From an uncultured Gemmatimonadales bacterium (GTDB taxonomy: Bacteria; Gemmatimonadota; Gemmatimonadetes; Longimicrobiales; RSA9), in the NCBI GenBank assembly GCA_963783305.1, contig CAWAMW010000014.1:25288-89287 (forward strand): 64,000 nt of DNA. Reading direction: 5' to 3'. The translations under genes and the position numbers were made by a program. Positions 43,242 to 51,946 of this stretch are shown in pieces. Under the pieces are notes generated by a model. It had not been told where the DNA came from and ran no database searches. It saw only the letters and a program-made list of their open reading frames with translations. The number at the start of each line of letters is the position of its first letter. Position 1 is the stretch's first letter.

Positions 43242-44376
43242 ATGAAGGTGCCATTGCTGGACCTGCGGGCCCAGTACCTGGATATGCGGGACGAGATTGA
43301 CTCGGCCGTCGCCGCGGTGGTGGAATCGCAGCGCTTCATACTGGGCCCCGAAGTGGAGGGGCTGGAGCAGGAGATCGCGGCGCGACTGGAGGTGGATCAC
43401 GCGGTGGGCTGCGCCAGTGGGACGGACGCGCTCCTGCTTCCGCTACGTGGTCTGGATCTGGGCGTGGGAGCGGAGGTCATCGTCCCATCGTTCACCTTCT
43501 TCGCGACGGCGGGCGCGGTGTGGAACGCGGGTCTTCGCCCCGTATTCGCGGACATCGACCCCGGCACCTTCAACCTCACGAGGGAAACCGTGGAAGCGGC
43601 GTTGACCTCGCGCACGCGTGCGGTGGTCGTGGTGCACCTGTTCGGGCAGATGGCGCCCATGGCGCCGATCCTGGAGCTCGCCGCGGAGAGAGGTCTGGCG
43701 GTGATCGAGGATGCCGCGCAGTCCATCGACGCCCGCCAGCTGGTGGGAGATCGGTGGCGGGCCGCCGGGTCCGTGGGGACCGCCGGCTCCCTGTCCTTCT
43801 TTCCCTCGAAGAACCTGGGCGGGTTCGGGGACGGGGGTATGGTGACGTCGAACGACGCGGAATTCGCCGAGCGTGTGCGCAAGCTGCGGGTGCACGGCGG
43901 ACGCCGAGATGTACCACCATGAGATGGTGGGGACGAACTCCCGGCTCGACGCCATCCAGGCGGCGGTGCTGCGTCGGAAGCTGCCTCACCTGGAGCGGTG
44001 GACGCGGGCCCGAGTCGAGCACGCGCGGCGCTACGACGAAGCCTTCGCCTCGGTGCCGGCGATCCGCACGCCCGTCGTCGCGGCCGGCAACGAACACGTG
44101 TACAACCAGTACACGGTGCGAGTGAGGCGGCGGGACGAGGTGCGGGCGCGGCTCGAAGCGGCGGGGATCGGAACCGGCGTCTATTACCCGGTTCCGCTGC
44201 ACCTGCAGGAGTGCTTCGCGGAGCTGGGATATGGGGAAGGGGACCTGCCGGAGTCGGAGCGCGCGGTACATGAAGTGCTCTCGCTCCCGGTGTTTCCGGA
44301 ACTGACAATGGAGCAGCAGACGATGGTCATCGACGAGTTGACCGCTGCGGTAATGGAAGAGGACGCTTCGAAATGA
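43242..44376 (+). pseudogene. DegT/DnrJ/EryC1/StrS aminotransferase split by a 1-bp insertion near 43905 (or sequencing error)
   Basis: SGTDAL, IEDAAQ, SFFPSKNLG in one frame; MYHHEMVGTNSRLDAIQAA, YYPVPLHLQ, LSLP in the next frame. Confidence 0.85.
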
Positions 44377-45707
44377 ACGTATCAGTGATCGGCACGGGCT
44401 ACGTGGGTCTGGTGGCGGGCGCGGGGTTCGCCGAGATGGGGAACGACGTGATCTGCGCCGATATCGACGAGGGCAAGATCGCCAAGCTGAACGCGGGCGA
44501 GCTCCCGATCTACGAGCCGGGGCTGGAGCCGCTGGTGGAGCGGAACCTGGAGGGGGGTCGTCTGACGTTCACGACCGACCTTGGGCGGGCGGTGCGGGAC
44601 TCGGACATCATCTTCATCGCGGTGGGAACCCCGGAGGGGGAGGATGGGAGCGCGGACCTGCAGCACGTGCTGAGCGTGGCGGCGACGATCGGCGAGCACA
44701 TGAACGGCTCCAAGCTCGTCATCACCAAGAGCACGGTGCCGGTGGGGACCGCGGAGAAGGTGCGGCGGACCATCGAGTCGAAGACGGACCACAAGGTCCA
44801 TATTGGCGCGAACCCCGAGTTCCTGAAGGAGGGGGCGGCCGTCAACGACTTCATGAAGCCGGACCGCGTGGTGATCGGGGTGGACTCGGAGGAAGCGAGA
44901 GCGGCCCTCGAGGAGCTCTACTCCCCGTACGTCCGGACGGGGAACCCGCTGATCTTCATGGACATTGCCTCGGCGGAGATCACGAAATACGCGGCGAACG
45001 CGATGCTGGCGACGCGGATCTCCTTCATGAACATGATCAGCCAGCTGTGCCAGGGGGTCGGGGGCGATATCGACATGGTCCGGCAGGGAGTGGGCTCCGA
45101 TGACCGGATCGGGTCATCGTTCCTGTTCGCGGGCGTGGGGTACGGTGGCAGCTGTTTCCCGAAGGACGTGAAGGCGCTGATCCGGACCTTGCACGAGCAG
45201 GACGTGGACGCGGGCATCCTCGAGGCGGTGGAGGGGGTGAACGCGCGGCAGAAGGAGCTGATCCTGAACGCGGTCGAAGCGCGGTACGGAACGGACCTCT
45301 CGGGCCTGGTATTCGGGGTCTGGGGTCTGTCCTTCAAGCCGGGGACCGACGACATGAGGGAGGCCACTTCGCTGGTGGTGATCCGCGGCCTCCTGGAGCG
45401 GGGTGCGCGGGTCCAGGCGCATGATCCCGAGGCCATGGACAACGCCCGGCGCTGGCTGGGGGATGACGTACTGTTCACGCAGACGAACTACGACGCGCTG
45501 AAGGGTGCCGACGGGCTGATCATCCTGACGGAGTGGCAGCCGTACCGACGTCCGGACCTGGACCGGATCAAGACCCTGCTGCGGGAGCCGGTGGTCTTCG
45601 ACGGGCGCAACCTGTTCAACCCGTCGAAGATGGGGGAGCGAGGATTCGAGTACTGGAGCGTCGGTCGACGGGGAACGCTTCGGGTGGCATCGGCCTCCTC
45701 CGCCTGA
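44373..45707 (+). CDS. ugd: UDP-glucose 6-dehydrogenase
   Basis: GTGYVGL, PIYEPGL, KSTVPVGT, NPEFLKEG, GYGGSCFPKD. Confidence 0.95.
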   Translation: MNVSVIGTGYVGLVAGAGFAEMGNDVICADIDEGKIAKLNAGELPIYEPGLEPLVERNLEGGRLTFTTDLGRAVRDSDIIFIAVGTPEGEDGSADLQHVLSVAATIGEHMNGSKLVITKSTVPVGTAEKVRRTIESKTDHKVHIGANPEFLKEGAAVNDFMKPDRVVIGVDSEEARAALEELYSPYVRTGNPLIFMDIASAEITKYAANAMLATRISFMNMISQLCQGVGGDIDMVRQGVGSDDRIGSSFLFAGVGYGGSCFPKDVKALIRTLHEQDVDAGILEAVEGVNARQKELILNAVEARYGTDLSGLVFGVWGLSFKPGTDDMREATSLVVIRGLLERGARVQAHDPEAMDNARRWLGDDVLFTQTNYDALKGADGLIILTEWQPYRRPDLDRIKTLLREPVVFDGRNLFNPSKMGERGFEYWSVGRRGTLRVASASSA

Positions 45708-45718
45708 GGAAACGCGCG

Positions 45719-45747
45719 TTGATCCTTCCGCGGGCATCGAGTAGGTT
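45719..45747 (+). promoter_or_regulatory. sigma70-type promoter, probably leaderless transcript
   Basis: TTGATC, 17 bp, TAGGTT, 6 bp, ATG 45754. Confidence 0.6.
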
Positions 45748-45753
45748 CAGAGC

Positions 45754-46479
45754 ATGAGCACCGAAGCCGATCGTCTGATCCAGCGAGCCCGGGAAGCGTA
45801 CGAGCGCCGGGATTTCGTGGCAGCGCTGGCGGATTTCCGGGAGGTGGTGGACAACAGCCCCCACTTCGCCGATGTCCGCCAGATGATGGGGCTGTGCCTG
45901 AGCTTCCTCGGTCAGCCGGACGCGGCCCTCGAGCAGTTCGACCGGGCCCTCGAGGAGAACGACTGCTACGTCGAGGCCCTGCTCCACAAGGCGATCACAC
46001 TGAACGAGCTCGGTCGCTACGACGACGCCCGCGAAGCGTTCGAACGGGCGGGCGATTGTGAAGGGCGGCTCAAGGGCCGCTTCCCCACGTCGGTCTCCGG
46101 ACGCATTGCCAACGCGCACGCCTCCGTGGGTGATCTCTACATGGCGGCTTCGGCGCCCGATGAGGCGGTCGCAGAGCTGCGGCGCGCTCTCGAGCTGCGG
46201 CCGGGGTTCCACGACATTCGAAACCGCCTGGGCGAGGCGCTGATGCAGGCGGGCGCGCTGGAGGAGGCGCGGGCGGAGTTCGAAAGCGCCCTCGAGGGCA
46301 ACGGCCGCTTCTTCCGGGCCCGGCTCAACCTGGGCCTGGTCTGCTACCGGTCCGGCGACTTCGACCGGGCGCGGGAGGAGTGGGAGGAGTGCCGGGCACA
46401 GGACCCGAACAGCGCGCAGGTGCGCGCGTATCTGCGGCTCCTGGAATCGCGGACGGAGCATGTGGCCGAAGCTCCCTGA
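45754..46479 (+). CDS. TPR repeat protein (cytoplasmic)
   Basis: repeated TPR patterns (LG..L...G..EEA..F..AL); no signal peptide. Confidence 0.85.
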   Translation: MSTEADRLIQRAREAYERRDFVAALADFREVVDNSPHFADVRQMMGLCLSFLGQPDAALEQFDRALEENDCYVEALLHKAITLNELGRYDDAREAFERAGDCEGRLKGRFPTSVSGRIANAHASVGDLYMAASAPDEAVAELRRALELRPGFHDIRNRLGEALMQAGALEEARAEFESALEGNGRFFRARLNLGLVCYRSGDFDRAREEWEECRAQDPNSAQVRAYLRLLESRTEHVAEAP

Positions 46480-47479
46480 GCTCACGGTGGGACACCTCCG
46501 TACGCTGTCCCGGCTCTTCATAGGGGCGCTCGCGCTGAACGTTGCCGGGTGCAGCGACAACGAGAGCGCCATCGCCCGCGGCGACCGGCTCTGGGCGGAC
46601 TCGAGCAGAACGGCCGCGCTCGCCGAGTACCGCCTGGCGGTGGCACAGCGCGGAGACGAGGAGGCCCTTTCCCGCCTCGCCCACGCCCTCGCCCGGAGCG
46701 GCGACCTCGCCGAGGCCCGGGATGCGTACCGCCAGCTCCTGGACCTCTCTTCCGCGTTCCGCGACCAGGCCGTTTACGACCTGCTGGACCTCGCCCAGCG
46801 CGCGGGCCGGCGCGGGGACGCGTACGGCGCGGCCATGGCGATGGACGCCGCGATCGCGCTCCGCCCCGAGGTCCGGCTGCCGCGGGTCTCAGCGGAGGCC
46901 GCGGCCTTCTACCGCGACCGGGGCGACGCGGCCGCCGCACTGTCCTACTACCGCCGGGCCCTCGCCGGCGTGCCCGCCGACTCCGCGCCGCCGTTGCTGT
47001 ACGAGATCGGGCGGCTGGAGGAGGAGCAGGGGCGATGCGCCACGGCCACCGACTACTTCTCGGCGCTGCGCGAACAGACGTCGGGTTCCGGGGAGTGGCG
47101 GGAACTGACCGACGAAGCGGCGTGGCACACCGGGAGCTGCGCGTTCCGCCTCGCCGAGGAGGCCCGCGACGCAGGGCGAGTCGTCGAAGCGCTGGACCAT
47201 CTTGAGACGCTGGTCCGACTGGGCGTACCCGAGAACCTCCTGGACCAGGCGTGGCTGGAGCGGGGCGAGCTGCTCCTGGCGGTGGGTGACCTCGACGACG
47301 CCCTCGCCGCCTATCGCCAGGTGCTGGAGCGGAACCCGGCTCGCCGCGGCCAGCTGGTGGAGCGGGCGCAGCGGCGAATCGATGAGATTCGTTTTGACCG
47401 GTTCCCATCCGACAGCACGCGGATCGAAGCGCCAGGCCGACCCGCTGGACGGGACGGTCCGCGCCGGAGCGACGGCTGA
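46460..47479 (+). CDS. TPR repeat lipoprotein
   Basis: VAGC lipobox, Ala/Leu/Tyr helical repeats. Confidence 0.75.
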   Translation: MWPKLPELTVGHLRTLSRLFIGALALNVAGCSDNESAIARGDRLWADSSRTAALAEYRLAVAQRGDEEALSRLAHALARSGDLAEARDAYRQLLDLSSAFRDQAVYDLLDLAQRAGRRGDAYGAAMAMDAAIALRPEVRLPRVSAEAAAFYRDRGDAAAALSYYRRALAGVPADSAPPLLYEIGRLEEEQGRCATATDYFSALREQTSGSGEWRELTDEAAWHTGSCAFRLAEEARDAGRVVEALDHLETLVRLGVPENLLDQAWLERGELLLAVGDLDDALAAYRQVLERNPARRGQLVERAQRRIDEIRFDRFPSDSTRIEAPGRPAGRDGPRRSDG

Positions 47480-47482
47480 GCC

Positions 47483-48688
47483 ATGGAGACGGCGGACCTC
47501 CTCGTCATCGGCGGAGGGATCGTCGGCCTCACCACGGCGCTCGAATGGAAGCGTCGGCATCCGCGCCAGCGGGTCGTGCTCCTGGAGAAGGAGGCCGGGG
47601 TAGGGCGCCACGCCAGCGGTCGGAACAGCGGTGTGCTGCACGCCGGCCTCTACTACGCCCCGGACTCCCTCAAGGCCCGCTTCGCCCGGGACGGCAACGC
47701 CCGCATGACGCGGTACTGCGTGGAGCGGAGCCTTCCGATCCGAACCAACGGGAAGCTGCTCGTGGCCGTGGGCGAGGAGGAGCAGGCGGCGCTGGATATA
47801 CTGCTCCAGCGCGCCCGAGCGGCGGGTGTGGCGGTGGAGGAGGTGGATGAGGCCGGGGCGCGGGATCTGGAGCCGGCGGCGCGGGTGCGGGACCGGGCCC
47901 TCTACTCGCCTTCGACGGCTTCGGTCGATCCCGGTGCGGTCATGCGCGCGCTGGCGGAGGACGCCCGGGCGGCGGGGGTGGAGCTGCGGCTCGGTGAGGC
48001 GTTTACGGCGGTGCGGCCGGAATCGGGCCAGGTGCGGACGTCACGGGGAGCGTGGTCGCCGGGGTACGTGCTGAACGCCGCGGGGGTCCACGCGGCGCGG
48101 GTGGCCCGGCAGTTCGGGGTCGGTGAGGAGTACCGGATCGTGCCGTTCATGGGACGGTACCTGGAGGCGGTGGCGCCGGTCCCCGTGCGGCTCCACATCT
48201 ATCCCGTGCCGGATCTCCGCTACCCGTTCCTGGGCGTGCACGTGACGGTGAGCGTCGATGGAATCGTGTGGCTCGGCCCGACGGCGACCCCGGTCCTGGG
48301 GGGGGAGCAGTACCGTCTACTGGAGACGACGCCGAGGGAAGCGGTGGTGACCGCCGCACGGCTGGCGCTTCTTCTTTCGAGGCCCCACAATACGGGGCTT
48401 CGCCGGCTGGCGGTGAAGGAGCTGAGGCTGCGGTCGCGTCGAGCGCTGGTCCGGGAGGGGAGCCGTCTGGCGCGCGGTCTGCCGTCCGCGGCGGGCTGGA
48501 AGCCGGGGCGGCCGGGGATCCGGGCGCAGCTCGTCGATACCGTCCGGTGGAAACTCCAGGACGATTTCGTGTACGAAGCCGTCGAAGGATCGTGCCACGT
48601 CCTGAACGCGGTGTCGCCCGCATTCACGTGCGCACTGCCACTGGCGGAGTATCTGGTGGACACAATGAGCGGGGTTCGGAAGCAGTGA
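47483..48688 (+). CDS. L-2-hydroxyglutarate oxidase-like FAD oxidoreductase
   Basis: IGGGIVG, HASGRNSGVLHAGLYY, IYPVPD..PFLGVH, GIRAQ, NAVSPAFT. Confidence 0.88.
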   Translation: METADLLVIGGGIVGLTTALEWKRRHPRQRVVLLEKEAGVGRHASGRNSGVLHAGLYYAPDSLKARFARDGNARMTRYCVERSLPIRTNGKLLVAVGEEEQAALDILLQRARAAGVAVEEVDEAGARDLEPAARVRDRALYSPSTASVDPGAVMRALAEDARAAGVELRLGEAFTAVRPESGQVRTSRGAWSPGYVLNAAGVHAARVARQFGVGEEYRIVPFMGRYLEAVAPVPVRLHIYPVPDLRYPFLGVHVTVSVDGIVWLGPTATPVLGGEQYRLLETTPREAVVTAARLALLLSRPHNTGLRRLAVKELRLRSRRALVREGSRLARGLPSAAGWKPGRPGIRAQLVDTVRWKLQDDFVYEAVEGSCHVLNAVSPAFTCALPLAEYLVDTMSGVRKQ

Positions 48689-49437
48689 AGAGAATGATCG
48701 ATAGAGCGTCTGTGACATCGCTGGGAGTCCTCTGGCTTCTGCTGGCGGGCCTGGCTGCGTGCGGTCCCAAGAGGCCGCCCCTCAGCGAGCTGACGGCCGA
48801 GGTCCTGTGGACCCGGGGGTTCGAGGCGTACGAGCAGGAGGAATGGAGTGAGGCGATCCGCTACCTCGACCGCTTCGTGCTCGCCGGCGGCTCGGACCCG
48901 CGGGTGGACCAGGCGCGCTACTACGCCGCGGACGCGCACTTCAACCGCGAGGAGTATGTTACGGCCGCGGCGGACTTCGCCCGGCTGGCGTCGGACGTGG
49001 GGCGGGCGGAGCTCGGGGATGACGCCCGCTTCATGACCTGCCGCGCGTACGAGGAGCTGTCCCCGAAGCCGCAGCTGGACCAGGAGTACACCCGCGCGGC
49101 CATGGACCACTGCCAGAGTGTCATCGATATGTTCCCGGAGAGCGAGTTCCGGGAGCGGGCCGAGGGGATCGTGGAGCAGATGTGGGGCAAGCTGGCGGCC
49201 AAGGCCTTCGAGACCGCCGAATGGTACCGGGGCAGGCAGGCGTACGACTCGGCGATCCTGTACTACGAAGACGTGGTGCGGACGTATCCGCAGACGCGCT
49301 GGGCGCCGCGGGCGCTGGCGCGGATGGTGGACGTGTTCGGGATCCTGGAGTGGGAGGAAGAGCGGACGGAGGCGCGGGACCGCCTGCGCGCGGAATACCC
49401 GGAGAGCGCAGAGGCCCGGGCTCTGGGCGACGGGTAG
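48685..49437 (+). CDS. bamD: outer-membrane assembly lipoprotein BamD-like
   Basis: LAAC lipobox, SPKPQLDQEYTRAA, KLAAKAF..A.WY, YDSAILYY..V. Confidence 0.8.
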   Translation: MKRMIDRASVTSLGVLWLLLAGLAACGPKRPPLSELTAEVLWTRGFEAYEQEEWSEAIRYLDRFVLAGGSDPRVDQARYYAADAHFNREEYVTAAADFARLASDVGRAELGDDARFMTCRAYEELSPKPQLDQEYTRAAMDHCQSVIDMFPESEFRERAEGIVEQMWGKLAAKAFETAEWYRGRQAYDSAILYYEDVVRTYPQTRWAPRALARMVDVFGILEWEEERTEARDRLRAEYPESAEARALGDG

Positions 49438-49452
49438 GGCCGCTCAGCCATC

Positions 49453-51060
49453 ATGGAAGCACGAAAGGAGACCGCGAACGGCCGAAGCACGGGCCGTCGC
49501 GCCGCGGCCATTGCAGCGCTCTCCCTGCTTCCGCTGAGCGCCACCGCCCAGGCCGTGGCACAGACCCAGCCCGCGCCGGTGGTGGGGCAGCGGTCCGGCG
49601 CCGTCGCGGCCCCCTACCTTGCCCCCGACCACTGGGTCATGGACGCGCTGCGCCGCCTTGATGCGGCGGGGCTGCTGGGCGGGGCCTACGACCCGAGCCT
49701 CCCGGGGCTCGATCGCGTGGAGGCGGTGCGCCTCCTCGACCGTGCGGGACGGGAAGCGGAGCTGGGGTGGCGCGACCTGGTCCCCATGGTCGAGGCATAC
49801 CGCGCCCGCTTCGCCGCGCAGTATCCCGTGGCGGCCGGGGATGTGAGGCAGTGGCGAGGGCCGCAGGTGGGGGCGAGTGAGGTTTCCGCCGGGTATCTCC
49901 ACGAGGATGCCGAGATGCTCACGTCCGTAGGGACGCCCCCGATCCCCAAGCGTCCGTGGGTGCCGGAGCAGCCGGCGGCGCTGGCGGCGCCACACCGCGC
50001 CCCCGCGGTGGCTGGTGAGGTCAGCGGGTACTGGGGCCGTCACGCGGCCGGTGCGGTTGGAGCGGTCCTCGAGGAGGGCGGGGCGCGCCTTGGCGAGACG
50101 CAGCTCGTCGCGGCTGTGGGGCCGGTCCATGCGTGGGCCGGGCGGCGCCGGCTCCGGATCGGGCACGGCGATGCCGGGATCATCGTTTCCGGCACGATCC
50201 CGATCGATGGGGCGGGGATCGCCTCCGAGCCCTTCCGTCTCCCGTGGGCGCTCGCCCACGTCGGGGATATACGCGTCTCGACAGCCCTGGGCCAGCTGGA
50301 GCGGACGGACCCGTACGATGATCCGTGGCTCTGGCTCTTTCGGGCGACGGTGGTGCCGCACCCGCGCGTCACGCTGGGGCTGAACCGCGCGGCCATTGCC
50401 GTGAAAGTCGATGGAGGGTTCGGTGACCGGCTCCGGCAGGTCGCCTACATCGCCATCGGGAAGCACGGCGCCACGCCCGATGACAACATGCGGGACAACC
50501 AGATGGCGTCGGTGGATCTGCGGTACCGGCCGCCCGTCGGGCCACTACCCCTGTCCCTCTATATCGAGTGGGGGCTCGATGACAGCGCGGGGTCGTGGAA
50601 GAATGTCCCCGGCATTGTCGGCGGCGCCTATCTCGGAGCGATTCCCGGGGCGCCCGCGTTGGCGGCCGGGGTCGAGCGGGCCTATTTCGCGGAGCGCTGC
50701 TGCGGCAACATCTGGTGGTACCGCCACAGCGGGTTCACGGGCGGATGGACGGACGAGCGGCGGCCGCTGGGGCACCCCCTGGGCGGGCACGGCGACGAGT
50801 GGGCCGCCCGCCTCGACGCCACGCTGCTGGACGCCTCCCTGCTGGTGAAGGCCCGCGGGTACCTGCGGGACCGCGGAGATGAGAACCTGTTCGCTCCCAC
50901 GTTCGAGGGGTCGAGCCGGGGGGGGTCGGTACGAATCTCGGCGCGGCCGGATGGGGTGATAGGGCAGCGATCGCTGGAGGTGGGGCTGGGGATGGAGTAC
51001 GAGAGGGGGGAAGAGTGGTCGCGGGGGATGGGAGAAATCCGGATCGCGGTGTTCTTCTGA
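49453..51060 (+). CDS. capsule assembly Wzi-family outer-membrane protein
   Basis: signal peptide, DNQMASVD, WYRH..F..GW, PLGHPLGG, C-terminal F. Confidence 0.75.
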   Translation: MEARKETANGRSTGRRAAAIAALSLLPLSATAQAVAQTQPAPVVGQRSGAVAAPYLAPDHWVMDALRRLDAAGLLGGAYDPSLPGLDRVEAVRLLDRAGREAELGWRDLVPMVEAYRARFAAQYPVAAGDVRQWRGPQVGASEVSAGYLHEDAEMLTSVGTPPIPKRPWVPEQPAALAAPHRAPAVAGEVSGYWGRHAAGAVGAVLEEGGARLGETQLVAAVGPVHAWAGRRRLRIGHGDAGIIVSGTIPIDGAGIASEPFRLPWALAHVGDIRVSTALGQLERTDPYDDPWLWLFRATVVPHPRVTLGLNRAAIAVKVDGGFGDRLRQVAYIAIGKHGATPDDNMRDNQMASVDLRYRPPVGPLPLSLYIEWGLDDSAGSWKNVPGIVGGAYLGAIPGAPALAAGVERAYFAERCCGNIWWYRHSGFTGGWTDERRPLGHPLGGHGDEWAARLDATLLDASLLVKARGYLRDRGDENLFAPTFEGSSRGGSVRISARPDGVIGQRSLEVGLGMEYERGEEWSRGMGEIRIAVFF

Positions 51061-51241
51061 CGGTCCGGCCGTTGTCGGGACCGCCGAACACTGTACATGG
51101 GGTGCTCCGTCGCGCCCCGCGGGTGCGGTTCGTGCAACAGAAGCGTTTCCATGTTTCCAATCAAGAGTTCCGTTTCGCTCCAGCGCCCGAAGATCTCCAC
51201 GCGCTGGGTCTCCGTGTGTCCATGACCGAGTCCGCATTCTG

Positions 51242-51946
51242 ATGAATTCCGCAGCTCCGGTCCCGGAGGGGCCGACGTACCTCGCCGGCTCCTCCGCGAG
51301 TATTTCCCCGGCCCCGGCCGTGGCCCGATCCGCCGTGAAGCGACTCGTGGATATCGTCGGGGGGCTGGTCCTGACGCTCCTCGCCCTCCCCGTGGGGCTC
51401 CTCGCGGTGCTGGCGATCCGGCTCGATTCCAAGGGGCCGGTGCTGTTCCGGCAGGAGCGGGTGGGGATGGACGGGCGGCCCTTCACCATGCTGAAGCTGC
51501 GGTCCATGCGTGATGGGTGTGAGCAGGACTCGCACCGCGACTACGTGACCGGGCTGGTGAACGGGGAGAAAGAATCGTCCCACGACGGCGTGTACAAGCT
51601 GGTGAACGACCGCCGTGTGACCCGCGTGGGCCTCTGGCTTCGACGCACGTCGCTGGACGAGCTGCCGCAGCTCCTCAATGTGCTGCGGGGGGAGATGAGC
51701 CTGGTAGGGCCCCGTCCACCGCTGCCGTACGAGGTGGAGCAGTACGACGACCGGCAGATGCGACGGCTCACCGCGCGTCCGGGCCTGACGGGCCTGTGGC
51801 AGGTTTCCGGCCGCAACCAGCTGAGCTATCGCAGCATGGTCGAGCTCGACCTGGAGTACATCGACCAGTGGAGTCACTGGCTCGATCTCACGATCCTGAT
51901 GCGAACCGTACCCGTCGTGCTCAAGGACACCGGCCAGGCACGATGA
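51242..51946 (+). CDS. priming polyprenyl-phosphate sugar transferase (WcaJ/WbaP catalytic type)
   Basis: [42 protein letters not shown]. Confidence 0.95.
   Translation: MNSAAPVPEGPTYLAGSSASISPAPAVARSAVKRLVDIVGGLVLTLLALPVGLLAVLAIRLDSKGPVLFRQERVGMDGRPFTMLKLRSMRDGCEQDSHRDYVTGLVNGEKESSHDGVYKLVNDRRVTRVGLWLRRTSLDELPQLLNVLRGEMSLVGPRPPLPYEVEQYDDRQMRRLTARPGLTGLWQVSGRNQLSYRSMVELDLEYIDQWSHWLDLTILMRTVPVVLKDTGQAR

Noticed and set aside
43895..43922. Programmed frameshift or phase variation in DegT
   Set aside because: No slippery sequence, homopolymer or short repeat at the junction.
51122..51136. sigma54 promoter as a called feature
   Set aside because: Only the GG-N10-GC spacing matches; flanks differ from TGGCAC/TTGC and chance matches are common at this GC.
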